A stretch of DNA of 46,225 nt from a virus (Duplodnaviria; Caudoviricetes). The notes under the pieces were generated by a model. That model had not been told where the DNA came from, searched no databases, and worked only from the letters and a program-made list of their open reading frames with translations. Shown in pieces: positions 37,317 to 45,700 of the stretch. The translations under genes were made by a program, and so were the position numbers. Position 1 is the stretch's first letter, and each line of letters opens with the position of its first letter. Location of the stretch: positions 1-46,225 of IMG/VR virus record IMGVR_UViG_3300017774_002865. The stretch is one strand, 5' to 3'.

Positions 37317-38072
37317 ATGAAAATTGTACTTGTCACCGGCGGCTTTGACCCCATCCATTCTGGACACCTTGCCTATTTCCAGGCGGCAAAACAACTAGGC
37401 AACAAACTAGTTGTTGGACTCAATTCAGATGAATGGCTTACTCGTAAAAAAGGTAAACCATTCATGCCCATGAGTGAACGATTTGCTCTAGTCAGTGCAT
37501 TGAGCATTGTAGACGAGGTTGTGGTTTACAATGACAATGACAATAGCAGTTGTGACGCAATCCAACTAGTAAAAATACGTTATCCCAACGATCAAATTGT
37601 ATTTGCCAACGGAGGAGATCGCACACGAGATAACATTCCCGAAATGGTTATTGATGATGTGGAGTTTGTGTTTGGTGTGGGCGGCGAAAACAAAATGAAT
37701 TCCAGTTCTTGGATACTGGAAGATTGGAAGAAACCTAAGACTGGACGGGCATGGGGGTACTATCGTGTGTTACACGAAGTTGGGGCAAATACCAAACTCA
37801 AAGAACTAACTGTAGCACCCAAAACATGTTTGAGTATGCAACGACATGATCGACGTGCTGAGTTTTGGTTTGTGGCAGAAGGCGAAGCCGCTGTATATAC
37901 CCTGGACAATTCTAGTGATCACGATCTTGTTGGACATTTTGGAGTGCATGAGCATATTTGGATTGCAAAAAATCAGTGGCACATGTTGTGCAACGAAACT
38001 GATCAACCTCTCAAGCTGATTGAAATTCAATACGGTGAAGACTGTGTGGAAGAGGACATTGAGCGTCGATGA
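37317..38072 (+). CDS. Cytidylyltransferase-family (HxGH) domain fused to a mannose-6-phosphate isomerase-type cupin
   Basis: TGGFDPIHSGH, GLNSD and FANGGDR, then RAWGYY...LSMQRH..RAEFW...IEIQYG..C.EEDIER. Confidence 0.85.
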   Translation: MKIVLVTGGFDPIHSGHLAYFQAAKQLGNKLVVGLNSDEWLTRKKGKPFMPMSERFALVSALSIVDEVVVYNDNDNSSCDAIQLVKIRYPNDQIVFANGGDRTRDNIPEMVIDDVEFVFGVGGENKMNSSSWILEDWKKPKTGRAWGYYRVLHEVGANTKLKELTVAPKTCLSMQRHDRRAEFWFVAEGEAAVYTLDNSSDHDLVGHFGVHEHIWIAKNQWHMLCNETDQPLKLIEIQYGEDCVEEDIERR

Positions 38073-38755
38073 AAGCCATACCAGTTTATGTCGGATACGA
38101 CCCAAGAGAAGCCATTGCTTTTCACACCTGTGCCAACTCAATCATACGGCATGCATCAAAGCCAGTGGCTATTATTCCTGTGGCCTTGAACTTGTTTCGA
38201 GACTACGAAGAAACACACACAGACGGAAGCAATCACTTTATCTATACTCGTTTCCTTGTGCCACACCTGCAAGAATACACGGGCTGGGCAATCTTCATTG
38301 ACGGTGACATGATTGTGCGTGATGACATTGTGAAGTTATGGGAATTACAGAATCTCTATATGGATGTGATGGTAGTCAAACATGATTACCAAACACGCAT
38401 GCCTGTAAAATACCTAGGAGCAAAAAATGAAGACTATCCTCGAAAAAATTGGAGTAGTGTTATTCTGTGGAATTGTAATTCTTTTCCTAACAGGAAACTT
38501 ACTCCCCAGTTCGTCCAGCAATCCACAGGCAGTGAGCTCCACCGCTTCTCGTGGTTAGAAGATTCGCGCATTGGCGAACTACCACCTGAATGGAATTGGC
38601 TACCTGACGAATATGGTGTTAATAAGAATGCCAAGCTGTTGCACTACACACTAGGCACACCTTGCTTTCAAGAGTTTGCTGATACACCACAAGGCGACGA
38701 GTGGCACAGAGAACGAATACTTACTGAATATTGTTTACAAAGGACAATAGAATGA
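38069..38755 (+). CDS. GT-A fold glycosyltransferase
   Basis: VGYDPRE, TRFLVP, FIDGDM (DxD), KNWSS, EWNWL and HYTLGTP. Confidence 0.8.
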   Translation: MKAIPVYVGYDPREAIAFHTCANSIIRHASKPVAIIPVALNLFRDYEETHTDGSNHFIYTRFLVPHLQEYTGWAIFIDGDMIVRDDIVKLWELQNLYMDVMVVKHDYQTRMPVKYLGAKNEDYPRKNWSSVILWNCNSFPNRKLTPQFVQQSTGSELHRFSWLEDSRIGELPPEWNWLPDEYGVNKNAKLLHYTLGTPCFQEFADTPQGDEWHRERILTEYCLQRTIE

Positions 38756-39828
38756 GTAATGACGGCAAAGGATCGGCACCAAGACCTAAAAGTGTTGATG
38801 CAAATACATTTGCAAGCAATTGGGAATTGGTCTTTGGAAGGAAAGAAAAACCTGGTGTTCATTTACTACCTTCTCCTTTAGCAATACCCGAGTTTGATAT
38901 GATCACTGATCCTATCAAAGATATTTTTAGAGATATACTAAAATGGAGAGTAGACCCCGATGGGCATTACTATGGCATCGGCATTGATTATATCATGGAT
39001 CAAATTAAATTATTAAACACAGGAAATGTAGCAGCCATAGCAAGTGATGACAAGGATTTTGAACTCATGTACCAGAAAAAAGGAAAGCAGTACGATCCAA
39101 TTTTGCAAAGTTTTATACAAGGGTGTGGCGGAAGATTAAGCACTTGGGTTCGAGAAGAAACTACATCAACACCGGTGGTGATACGTGGGATTACTAGAAA
39201 GAATCAAATGCTTGCATGCCGCGAGGCCGGTAGAACTTTTTATTACATTGACACTGGATATTTTGGCAACGGCAAGAGAAAAACTTATCACAGAGTTACC
39301 AAAAATGATGTGCAATATTTTGGTGATATTGTAGAACGTCCAGGGGATAGATTTGTTGCTACCGGAGTTCAATTAAAAAAATTCAGAAGAGGAACTAGCA
39401 TACTATTAGCTCCGCCTAGTCAAAAACTACTAAATCTATACAACATTGTATTAGAAGATTGGTTAGAACAAACACAAGCAGAAATAAAACAGCACACCGA
39501 TCGTCCTGTTATAGTGCGCACCAAACAAAGTCGCACAGCCAGACTTCTTAATGATACTATGGAGATGGCTCTTGACCGCGATGTACATTGCTTGGTAACA
39601 TTTTCCAGCATTGCTGCCACAGAAGCATTGCTACTAGGTAAACCAGCAATCACTCTGGGACCAAACGCTGCCGCGCCGTTGTGTAGACATCAGCTTGCTG
39701 ATATTGAAAATCTGTATATACCAACCATGGATGAAGTAGATGCCTGGGCAAGACATCTTGCATATTGCCAGTTTACTGAAGCTGAAATGCAAAATGGCAC
39801 AGCATGGCGGATCTTAAATGACCATTGA
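38752..39828 (+). CDS. Capsule-synthesis (KpsC/KpsS-like) GT-B glycosyltransferase-like protein
   Basis: YYIDTGYF, ILLAPP, TDRPVIVR, LVTFSSIAATEALLLGKPA and HLAYCQF, shared with three neighbours. Confidence 0.55.
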   Translation: MSNDGKGSAPRPKSVDANTFASNWELVFGRKEKPGVHLLPSPLAIPEFDMITDPIKDIFRDILKWRVDPDGHYYGIGIDYIMDQIKLLNTGNVAAIASDDKDFELMYQKKGKQYDPILQSFIQGCGGRLSTWVREETTSTPVVIRGITRKNQMLACREAGRTFYYIDTGYFGNGKRKTYHRVTKNDVQYFGDIVERPGDRFVATGVQLKKFRRGTSILLAPPSQKLLNLYNIVLEDWLEQTQAEIKQHTDRPVIVRTKQSRTARLLNDTMEMALDRDVHCLVTFSSIAATEALLLGKPAITLGPNAAAPLCRHQLADIENLYIPTMDEVDAWARHLAYCQFTEAEMQNGTAWRILNDH

Positions 39829-40747
39829 TGTAGTTGTATACCTCAGTAGCGTGGCAAATCCTCGGAGGCATCCTAGGAAAATTGCATGCTTAGAAAGCTT
39901 CGCTGCGGGAGTTACTGAAACAGGACACCGCGTTCATGTTGAATGGGATTTCAAATACCAACCTGCACCATTGGCAGTGATACTAGGATGGACAACCGCA
40001 AGTACTGGTGGACCAAACGTTGTATTACGAAAACAAATTATTGCTGAGCAACAACGTCACAAATTCAAGACCATGTGCATTGATGCTAGTTGTTGGAAAT
40101 ATCTCGATGACTCCAGCACTTACTTAAGATACAGTCTAGGTGGACCGTTTTATGATTGTGCAGAATACGCAAACAAATCCAGTGGCCCAGAAAAGTGGCA
40201 AGAAATAAGTCAACGATTATCTTTACAACTAAACCCACCCAGCGTAAATAATGGACACATACTAATATGCATGCAACGTGATGGAGGATTTTCAATGAAG
40301 TCTTTAAATCCTAATCAATGGTTGGACGCAAAAATCAAAGAATTACGACTGCACACCACAAGAGCAATTATTGTGCGCCCACATCCGGGTTCTTATGCAA
40401 TGTTAGACTTTGCTAAATTTACATCACCCAAGTATAAAGAAAAATGGAATGTATCTGTTATAGATCCCAAGCATAGTAAACTAACTGACAACCTAGTAGG
40501 AGCACACTCTGTAGTGTTGTTTAATAGTTCAGCCAGTGTGGCAGCGGTGTGTGCCGGAATCCCTGTGTTTGCCGATGATTCGAGTTGCGTAAGTTGGGCA
40601 GTGGCAAATAAAAATGCATCTAGTATTGAATCACCTGTAACATTTGATCGTCAGCAATGGATACAAGACCTGGCTGCCGCACACTGGAGTGACGAAGAAG
40701 CCCGTGCAGGCAAAATATACCAGAAGTTTATACCTTTTCTACAATAA
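39818..40747 (+). CDS. KpsC/KpsS-like glycosyltransferase-like paralogue
   Basis: ILICMQ, IIVRPHP, VVLFNSSASVAAVCAGIPV and LAAAHWS. Confidence 0.55.
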   Translation: MTIDVVVYLSSVANPRRHPRKIACLESFAAGVTETGHRVHVEWDFKYQPAPLAVILGWTTASTGGPNVVLRKQIIAEQQRHKFKTMCIDASCWKYLDDSSTYLRYSLGGPFYDCAEYANKSSGPEKWQEISQRLSLQLNPPSVNNGHILICMQRDGGFSMKSLNPNQWLDAKIKELRLHTTRAIIVRPHPGSYAMLDFAKFTSPKYKEKWNVSVIDPKHSKLTDNLVGAHSVVLFNSSASVAAVCAGIPVFADDSSCVSWAVANKNASSIESPVTFDRQQWIQDLAAAHWSDEEARAGKIYQKFIPFLQ

Positions 40748-41288
40748 CATCATAGTTGTGGCCACTAACCCAGGCCCACTTGTCTGATCGGTCAAACACA
40801 CTGATCTCTTCCCAAACAACTCTGACATTCATTTCAGTTTCAATCTTGTGTCTCCACCATTCAGGCGGCTTGACTATTAGATGCGCATTGCGTCCGTCGG
40901 GCAAGTGTTTTTTTGCTGGATAACAGGCAATTCTAAAAAAGCCACAACGTTGCATTTTTTCATCAATGGTGTGTAATGTAGCATCAAGGTAATCGGGCTC
41001 AATGTGTTCTATAGCATCTGTGCTGACCACAGTATCTATTGGATGTGCGGGCAAATGTTGGAAGTTTGTATTACCGGGATCGTACCCGGTGACCTCAATG
41101 TTGGGATGTAGTTCTTTGATTGTGGCAATAAGTCCTCCTTGACCGCACCCAAAGTCTAACACACCGGCGGGTTGATATTTTTCAATAAAGTCTTTGACAA
41201 TTGCATAGGCTTTGTGCCCGTTGTTAAACTTGCCTGCTTGATGCAAGTATGTAAGTTGATCTTTATAATCTTTGTCAATTAATGTCAT
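40728..41288 (-). CDS. Class I SAM-dependent methyltransferase
   Basis: VLDFGCGQG, GYDP, STDAIEHI and GRNAHL. Confidence 0.85.
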   Translation of the reverse strand: MTLIDKDYKDQLTYLHQAGKFNNGHKAYAIVKDFIEKYQPAGVLDFGCGQGGLIATIKELHPNIEVTGYDPGNTNFQHLPAHPIDTVVSTDAIEHIEPDYLDATLHTIDEKMQRCGFFRIACYPAKKHLPDGRNAHLIVKPPEWWRHKIETEMNVRVVWEEISVFDRSDKWAWVSGHNYDVIVEKV

Positions 41289-41289
41289 G

Positions 41290-41940
41290 TTATTTCCATC
41301 CCATAATCCAATCATCTTTAACTTGATCTAATTTGTGCATGCCAAATGATTCCAACAACCCAATGGCCGCAAACTGCCCATACTCTTTTGAATACATATC
41401 ATGAGGCTTCTGCTCTACTACAATTATGGGCCGCCATTGACGGATAGTTTGTTCTGCACCTTGTATCACACGATATTCAAATCCTTCGCAGTCCATTTTA
41501 ATGTAGTCCACATTGTCAATGTGCAAGTTGTCTAGTTTGACCACAATAGTCTCGCCAGATCCAATACTGGCAGGATCTATATGAGTGTGTCCAGTGTTGC
41601 CTTCGGTAATGTTCATATGTGCTGTAGTATCCTGATCGCCCAAGGCCATGGGACTGATAAAAAAGTTTTTGCCTGATACATTCCGTTGCAAACATTCTCT
41701 AAATAATGGCACTGGCTCAAACGCAATCACACGCTCAAACTTTTTGACTAGATCACGTGACCACAAGCCCACGTTAGCACCAATATCTATGCTGGTTCTA
41801 AACTGGGTGACGTAGGTCAAACTCTTGTTGCGTACCTGATACTGATATTCAGCAGGCCCACCCTTGCCGATACTCTTGTCAAGCATCTGTGGAAAGTGTG
41901 TTTCGGTGTCGGGGAACCACCATCCGTGGCTTTCATACAT
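41290..41940 (-). CDS. FkbM-family methyltransferase
   Basis: IDIGANVGLW, AFEP, ALGD, IKMDCEGFEYRVIQGA and PIIVVE. Confidence 0.9.
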   Translation of the reverse strand: MYESHGWWFPDTETHFPQMLDKSIGKGGPAEYQYQVRNKSLTYVTQFRTSIDIGANVGLWSRDLVKKFERVIAFEPVPLFRECLQRNVSGKNFFISPMALGDQDTTAHMNITEGNTGHTHIDPASIGSGETIVVKLDNLHIDNVDYIKMDCEGFEYRVIQGAEQTIRQWRPIIVVEQKPHDMYSKEYGQFAAIGLLESFGMHKLDQVKDDWIMGWK

Positions 41941-42736
41941 TGTAAGTCTCCTGTAATATTCTAAGTGCAGTACCATTGGCCAATTCAGCATTGGAGAACT
42001 GGCAGTAAGCAAGATGCGATAACCACAGTTCAAGTTGATTCCTGTCAGGATACCATGGTGTGTCAATTTTGGCAAGGTCAGTGTTGGCCACTGGCAATGC
42101 CGCATTACTTGGTGCTAGCACAAATGCCGGCACTCCAGCTAATATACTTTCTGTGGCCGCAATTGAATTAAATGTAACCACAGCATGCACATCGGTTAGT
42201 GCTGATTCTAAGCTGTTAGACACTCGTGTTTGTCGGCTGGGATTTCTTTGTCTAATCTCGACGGGACGGTCAGTATGTTGTTTTATTGTTTCAACAGTGG
42301 TGTGTAACCACTCATCAAGTTTGACATTGTAAAATATACAAGGCTTCTCATCTGGCGCGGCAATTAGAATTTTTCGACCATTCTTTTTTGGTGCCAACGT
42401 ACTCAGCCCAAGTTGGTGATATCGATCTAGTGGGCGGTTGATTATGGTGTTGTGTTGTAAATCATTTGGTACAATCCTGTGCCAGATTTTATCGCCACGT
42501 GGGTTTTTAATATAACGTCGATTGCCAAGGTACCCTGAGTCTATGTACAAGAAATCTCGTTTATCTTGCCAGCACTGTTTGATAATTTTATGTTTCATAA
42601 TACCACGAATCACCAATAGATCCTGACTGCTGTTGTAATCCCAGGTTTCTAATTCAGTAGGGGTACTTCCGCATCCACGAGCAAACATTTCCATGTACTC
42701 GTCGTTACCGTTCTTATTAAGAAAAATCCAATTCAT
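41933..42736 (-). CDS. KpsC/KpsS-like glycosyltransferase-like paralogue
   Basis: YIDSGYL, ILIAAP, TDRPVEIR, VVTFNSIAATESILAGVPA and HLAYCQF. Closest to 38752..39828. Confidence 0.55.
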   Translation of the reverse strand: MNWIFLNKNGNDEYMEMFARGCGSTPTELETWDYNSSQDLLVIRGIMKHKIIKQCWQDKRDFLYIDSGYLGNRRYIKNPRGDKIWHRIVPNDLQHNTIINRPLDRYHQLGLSTLAPKKNGRKILIAAPDEKPCIFYNVKLDEWLHTTVETIKQHTDRPVEIRQRNPSRQTRVSNSLESALTDVHAVVTFNSIAATESILAGVPAFVLAPSNAALPVANTDLAKIDTPWYPDRNQLELWLSHLAYCQFSNAELANGTALRILQETYNV

Positions 42737-43536
42737 TGCCAATACGCTTCTGTACGTTTTATTTTCAGGTCCACTTGTTTACTACGGCCTAAATTTTTCC
42801 TGGCACCTTTTAAGTGATCTAACCATGCACCCCAGGCTGAGTTTATCAATGGATGTCCTTCGCCTGTGATCAAATGACTGCTCCAGTCCAGTTCTATTAA
42901 ATTGGCGCTACGTCTAACATCATCAAATACAAACGAGTCGTGCCACTCATCTAGTTTAAAAATGCCATTTTCAGCGTCATCGTATGCTTGTTGAAACTTG
43001 TTTAAAAACAACCGAGTAGCAGTACTGTTTAAATTCATTGCGTATAATCCGCATTCACTGAACTTGCCACGACGACCCAAGAAACATAGATCTGTGTGTG
43101 CAGGACATAAAGTGTTGATATCCTCTATAGTAATTGGGCTATGGCATATGGTATCTGCGTCCATCCATAGTAGCCACGTAGATCTAGCAGTGCTGGCACA
43201 GTGGAATATAGCATAGACCTTGTGTGCAAATCTCACAGCGTCCCATTTGAATCCTTTGCCGGCATCCTTGCGTTTGCTTCTTACAGGGTCTTGGCTGACA
43301 TCACCATTCGCCTTAGGCACACCACGCCACTTGTGTTTGAATGCAGATAACTCTGGGCTAACAGATTCTAGGTCATGCACAACCAAGTTGGGTGCTGATT
43401 CACTTACTGCACATCGTTCGGCATACACAACCAATTGAACCTCTTGGGGCCAATTCTGCAAAAAGGTTTTGATCATACGCCGGCCATATTTTTCATAACC
43501 GCTGGCGTTAAAAGTGGTACATACAGTATATTTCAT
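42733..43536 (-). CDS. GT-A fold glycosyltransferase-like protein
   Basis: WDAVRFAHKVYA, LWMDAD (DxD), EWHDSFVF and DHLKG. Confidence 0.65.
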   Translation of the reverse strand: MKYTVCTTFNASGYEKYGRRMIKTFLQNWPQEVQLVVYAERCAVSESAPNLVVHDLESVSPELSAFKHKWRGVPKANGDVSQDPVRSKRKDAGKGFKWDAVRFAHKVYAIFHCASTARSTWLLWMDADTICHSPITIEDINTLCPAHTDLCFLGRRGKFSECGLYAMNLNSTATRLFLNKFQQAYDDAENGIFKLDEWHDSFVFDDVRRSANLIELDWSSHLITGEGHPLINSAWGAWLDHLKGARKNLGRSKQVDLKIKRTEAYWQ

Positions 43537-43547
43537 CAAAAATACTT

Positions 43548-44390
43548 ATGATTAAAACCATAGCATATTATCCTTTGCAACGTGCTCTAAATGGCGGCCC
43601 TCCTATGAATGCCATGCTCAGTGCTTTGCGTGATGCCGGAATAGAAACACAAGAGCGTAGCCAAGACTCTGATGCGTTATTAATATGGTCAGCACTGTGG
43701 TCTGGCAGAATGGCCGCTAACCAGGCAGTATATAGACACTACAGAGCACAGGACAAGCCTGTGATCATTATTGATATTGGTGCATTGCATCGTGGCACAA
43801 CATGGAAGGTTGCAGTGAACAACATCAATGCCCGAGGCTACTATGGGCACATGGATAACCTAGATTGGGATCGCCCCCGGAAAATGAACTTAAGATTTGG
43901 CACTCCTGCAAATTCAAAATCACATATTGTGATAGCGGCACAGCACACACAAAGCGAACAATTGGCAGGGGTTGATCTTACCACGTGGATACACGCTCAG
44001 ATACAACTAATAAAACACAACACAGATAGACCCATACACATTAGACCACATCCCAGATGCAGTCTCAACACCACAAGTTTTGCCGGAATCAGAGTTGAAT
44101 CACCTGGCCGAGTGTCTAACACATACGACAGTTTTGATTTGGGACTAGATTGCCATGCTATTGTAAATTATAATTCAGGTCCAGGCATACAAGCAGCCAT
44201 AGCAGGAGTGCGTCCTGTGGTCGATGCTACTAGTTTAGCACATCCTGTTGGTGTTGCTATTACTGACATAGAGAAACCTTATGTAACTGATCGAGACTTA
44301 TGGCTTGCACAAATTAGTCATACTGAATATACTGTGCCAGAATTAGAACAAGGCTTATGGCTAAGAAGAATAGAATCAGCACTGGCATAA
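43548..44390 (+). CDS. KpsC/KpsS-like glycosyltransferase-like paralogue
   Basis: IVIAAQ, TDRPIHIRPHP and IVNYNSGPGIQAAIAGV. Confidence 0.55.
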   Translation: MIKTIAYYPLQRALNGGPPMNAMLSALRDAGIETQERSQDSDALLIWSALWSGRMAANQAVYRHYRAQDKPVIIIDIGALHRGTTWKVAVNNINARGYYGHMDNLDWDRPRKMNLRFGTPANSKSHIVIAAQHTQSEQLAGVDLTTWIHAQIQLIKHNTDRPIHIRPHPRCSLNTTSFAGIRVESPGRVSNTYDSFDLGLDCHAIVNYNSGPGIQAAIAGVRPVVDATSLAHPVGVAITDIEKPYVTDRDLWLAQISHTEYTVPELEQGLWLRRIESALA

Positions 44391-45094
44391 CTGACTGTGC
44401 CTGTGTGATACACAGCACCGGTTACGACTGGACCTATGTTGAACGGTTGTACAACATGTTGGAACGTAACTTGCCCGGAGGCCTACGTTTTCACGTTTAT
44501 ACCGAACATGACCGTAGTGTGCCTCCGTACATGGTCAAGCACATACTAGAAGACTGGCCAGGTATTGCAGGACCAAAGAAATCATGGTGGCATAAATTGC
44601 AGGTGTTTAATCCAGAACATCATGAAGGCAATCTGCTTTACTTTGACCTTGACACAGTTGTTGTGCGTGATGTAAGTTGGATTACTCAATTAGATCCCAA
44701 CTACCTCTGGGGCATTAGGGATTTCAGACATTTACAAAATTCCAAAATTAACACCTTGAACTCCAGTGTGATGTGGTGGAATGTCAAACATCATGCTTTG
44801 ATATGGGAAAAGTTTAAAAACAATGACATTGCCAAACTGTCAAGACAGTACCCTGGGGATCAAGATTATCTCTATGCAACACTTGGTCACAACAGAATTC
44901 GATACTTTGATGACACACAATTAAAAAGCTGGCGGTGGCAGTGCTTTGATGGCGGCTACGACTTTCAGTACAGAAAGCACAGAGCACCGGGACAAGGCAC
45001 ACTGATTGACGGTAATACTTCTGTTTTAGTATTTCATGGCAATCCCAAACCCCACAAAATTAACGACAAAGTAGTACAAGACCTTTGGAAGTAA
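44357..45094 (+). CDS. GT8-like glycosyltransferase
   Basis: WWHKLQVF, LYFDLD (DxD), NSSVM, GDQDYL and VFHGNPKPH. Confidence 0.8.
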   Translation: MAKKNRISTGITDCACVIHSTGYDWTYVERLYNMLERNLPGGLRFHVYTEHDRSVPPYMVKHILEDWPGIAGPKKSWWHKLQVFNPEHHEGNLLYFDLDTVVVRDVSWITQLDPNYLWGIRDFRHLQNSKINTLNSSVMWWNVKHHALIWEKFKNNDIAKLSRQYPGDQDYLYATLGHNRIRYFDDTQLKSWRWQCFDGGYDFQYRKHRAPGQGTLIDGNTSVLVFHGNPKPHKINDKVVQDLWK

Positions 45095-45098
45095 ACGG

Positions 45099-45127
45099 TT
45101 GACCAACAATTCCCATTTTGCTACAAT
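45099..45127 (+). promoter_or_regulatory. Sigma70-type early promoter
   Basis: TTGACC-17 nt-TACAAT with extended TG, followed by a TAAGGAG SD. Confidence 0.85.
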
Positions 45128-45157
45128 AGAAGTATTGTAAGAAATAAGGAGTCCAAA

Positions 45158-45367
45158 ATGGGTTACAAGGTTGTTGACACCACAGACATAATGCGTACCA
45201 AGTACGAGCCACGCAAGGGCCTAGAAGGTCCGTTCAACTTCTCGGGCCAAGTGTTGTATTATGACAACAAAGAAGGCGCCTATTACGATCCCACTACAGA
45301 CTTCTACGTTTCCAAAGAGGAAATGGACATTATCAACCAGCGTTTTTACGAAGTGCTTAAAAAATAA
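45158..45367 (+). CDS. Small hypothetical early protein (69 aa)
   Basis: Own promoter and SD. Contains GLEGPF...VLYYD.KEG.YYDP.TDFY. Confidence 0.8.
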   Translation: MGYKVVDTTDIMRTKYEPRKGLEGPFNFSGQVLYYDNKEGAYYDPTTDFYVSKEEMDIINQRFYEVLKK

Positions 45368-45401
45368 GCAGTTTTGTTGTAAAAAAGCCACATTTTACCA
45401 T

Positions 45402-45430
45402 TTGACCAATAATTCCCAAACTGCTATAAT
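45402..45430 (+). promoter_or_regulatory. Sigma70-type early promoter
   Basis: TTGACC-17 nt-TATAAT with extended TG. Confidence 0.88.
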
Positions 45431-45460
45431 ACTTGTATAGTAATTAAAAAGGAGCCAGAA

Positions 45461-45637
45461 ATGAACTTTGAACAAGCAATGCAAGTTGTCCAGCAATACC
45501 AAAAAGATTGGCGCTTGCCCGGACTGCTGGAAACTCTAATTCAGATGAACAGCGACGAAGATGACTTGACGTACATTCAGCGCCGTGCAAGCCGTGTAGT
45601 TTTCAACGAAATGGGCAAGTTGTTTGCCCCGGCCTAA
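45461..45637 (+). CDS. Small hypothetical early protein (58 aa, not in the ORF track)
   Basis: MNFEQAMQVVQQYQKDWRLPGLLETLIQMNSDEDDLTYIQRRASRVVFNEMGKLFAPA, with an AAGGAG SD and its own promoter. Confidence 0.8.
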   Translation: MNFEQAMQVVQQYQKDWRLPGLLETLIQMNSDEDDLTYIQRRASRVVFNEMGKLFAPA

Positions 45638-45641
45638 GCGG

Positions 45642-45670
45642 TTGACCAATAAATCACAATTTGCTATAAT
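45642..45670 (+). promoter_or_regulatory. Sigma70-type early promoter
   Basis: TTGACC-17 nt-TATAAT with extended TG. Confidence 0.88.
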
Positions 45671-45700
45671 ATACTTTTAACGCACAACAAGGAGCCAACT

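Noticed and set aside
45097-45670. CRISPR-like array
   Set aside because: The repeats are degenerate promoters separated by 240-300 nt coding segments, not constant repeats with short spacers.
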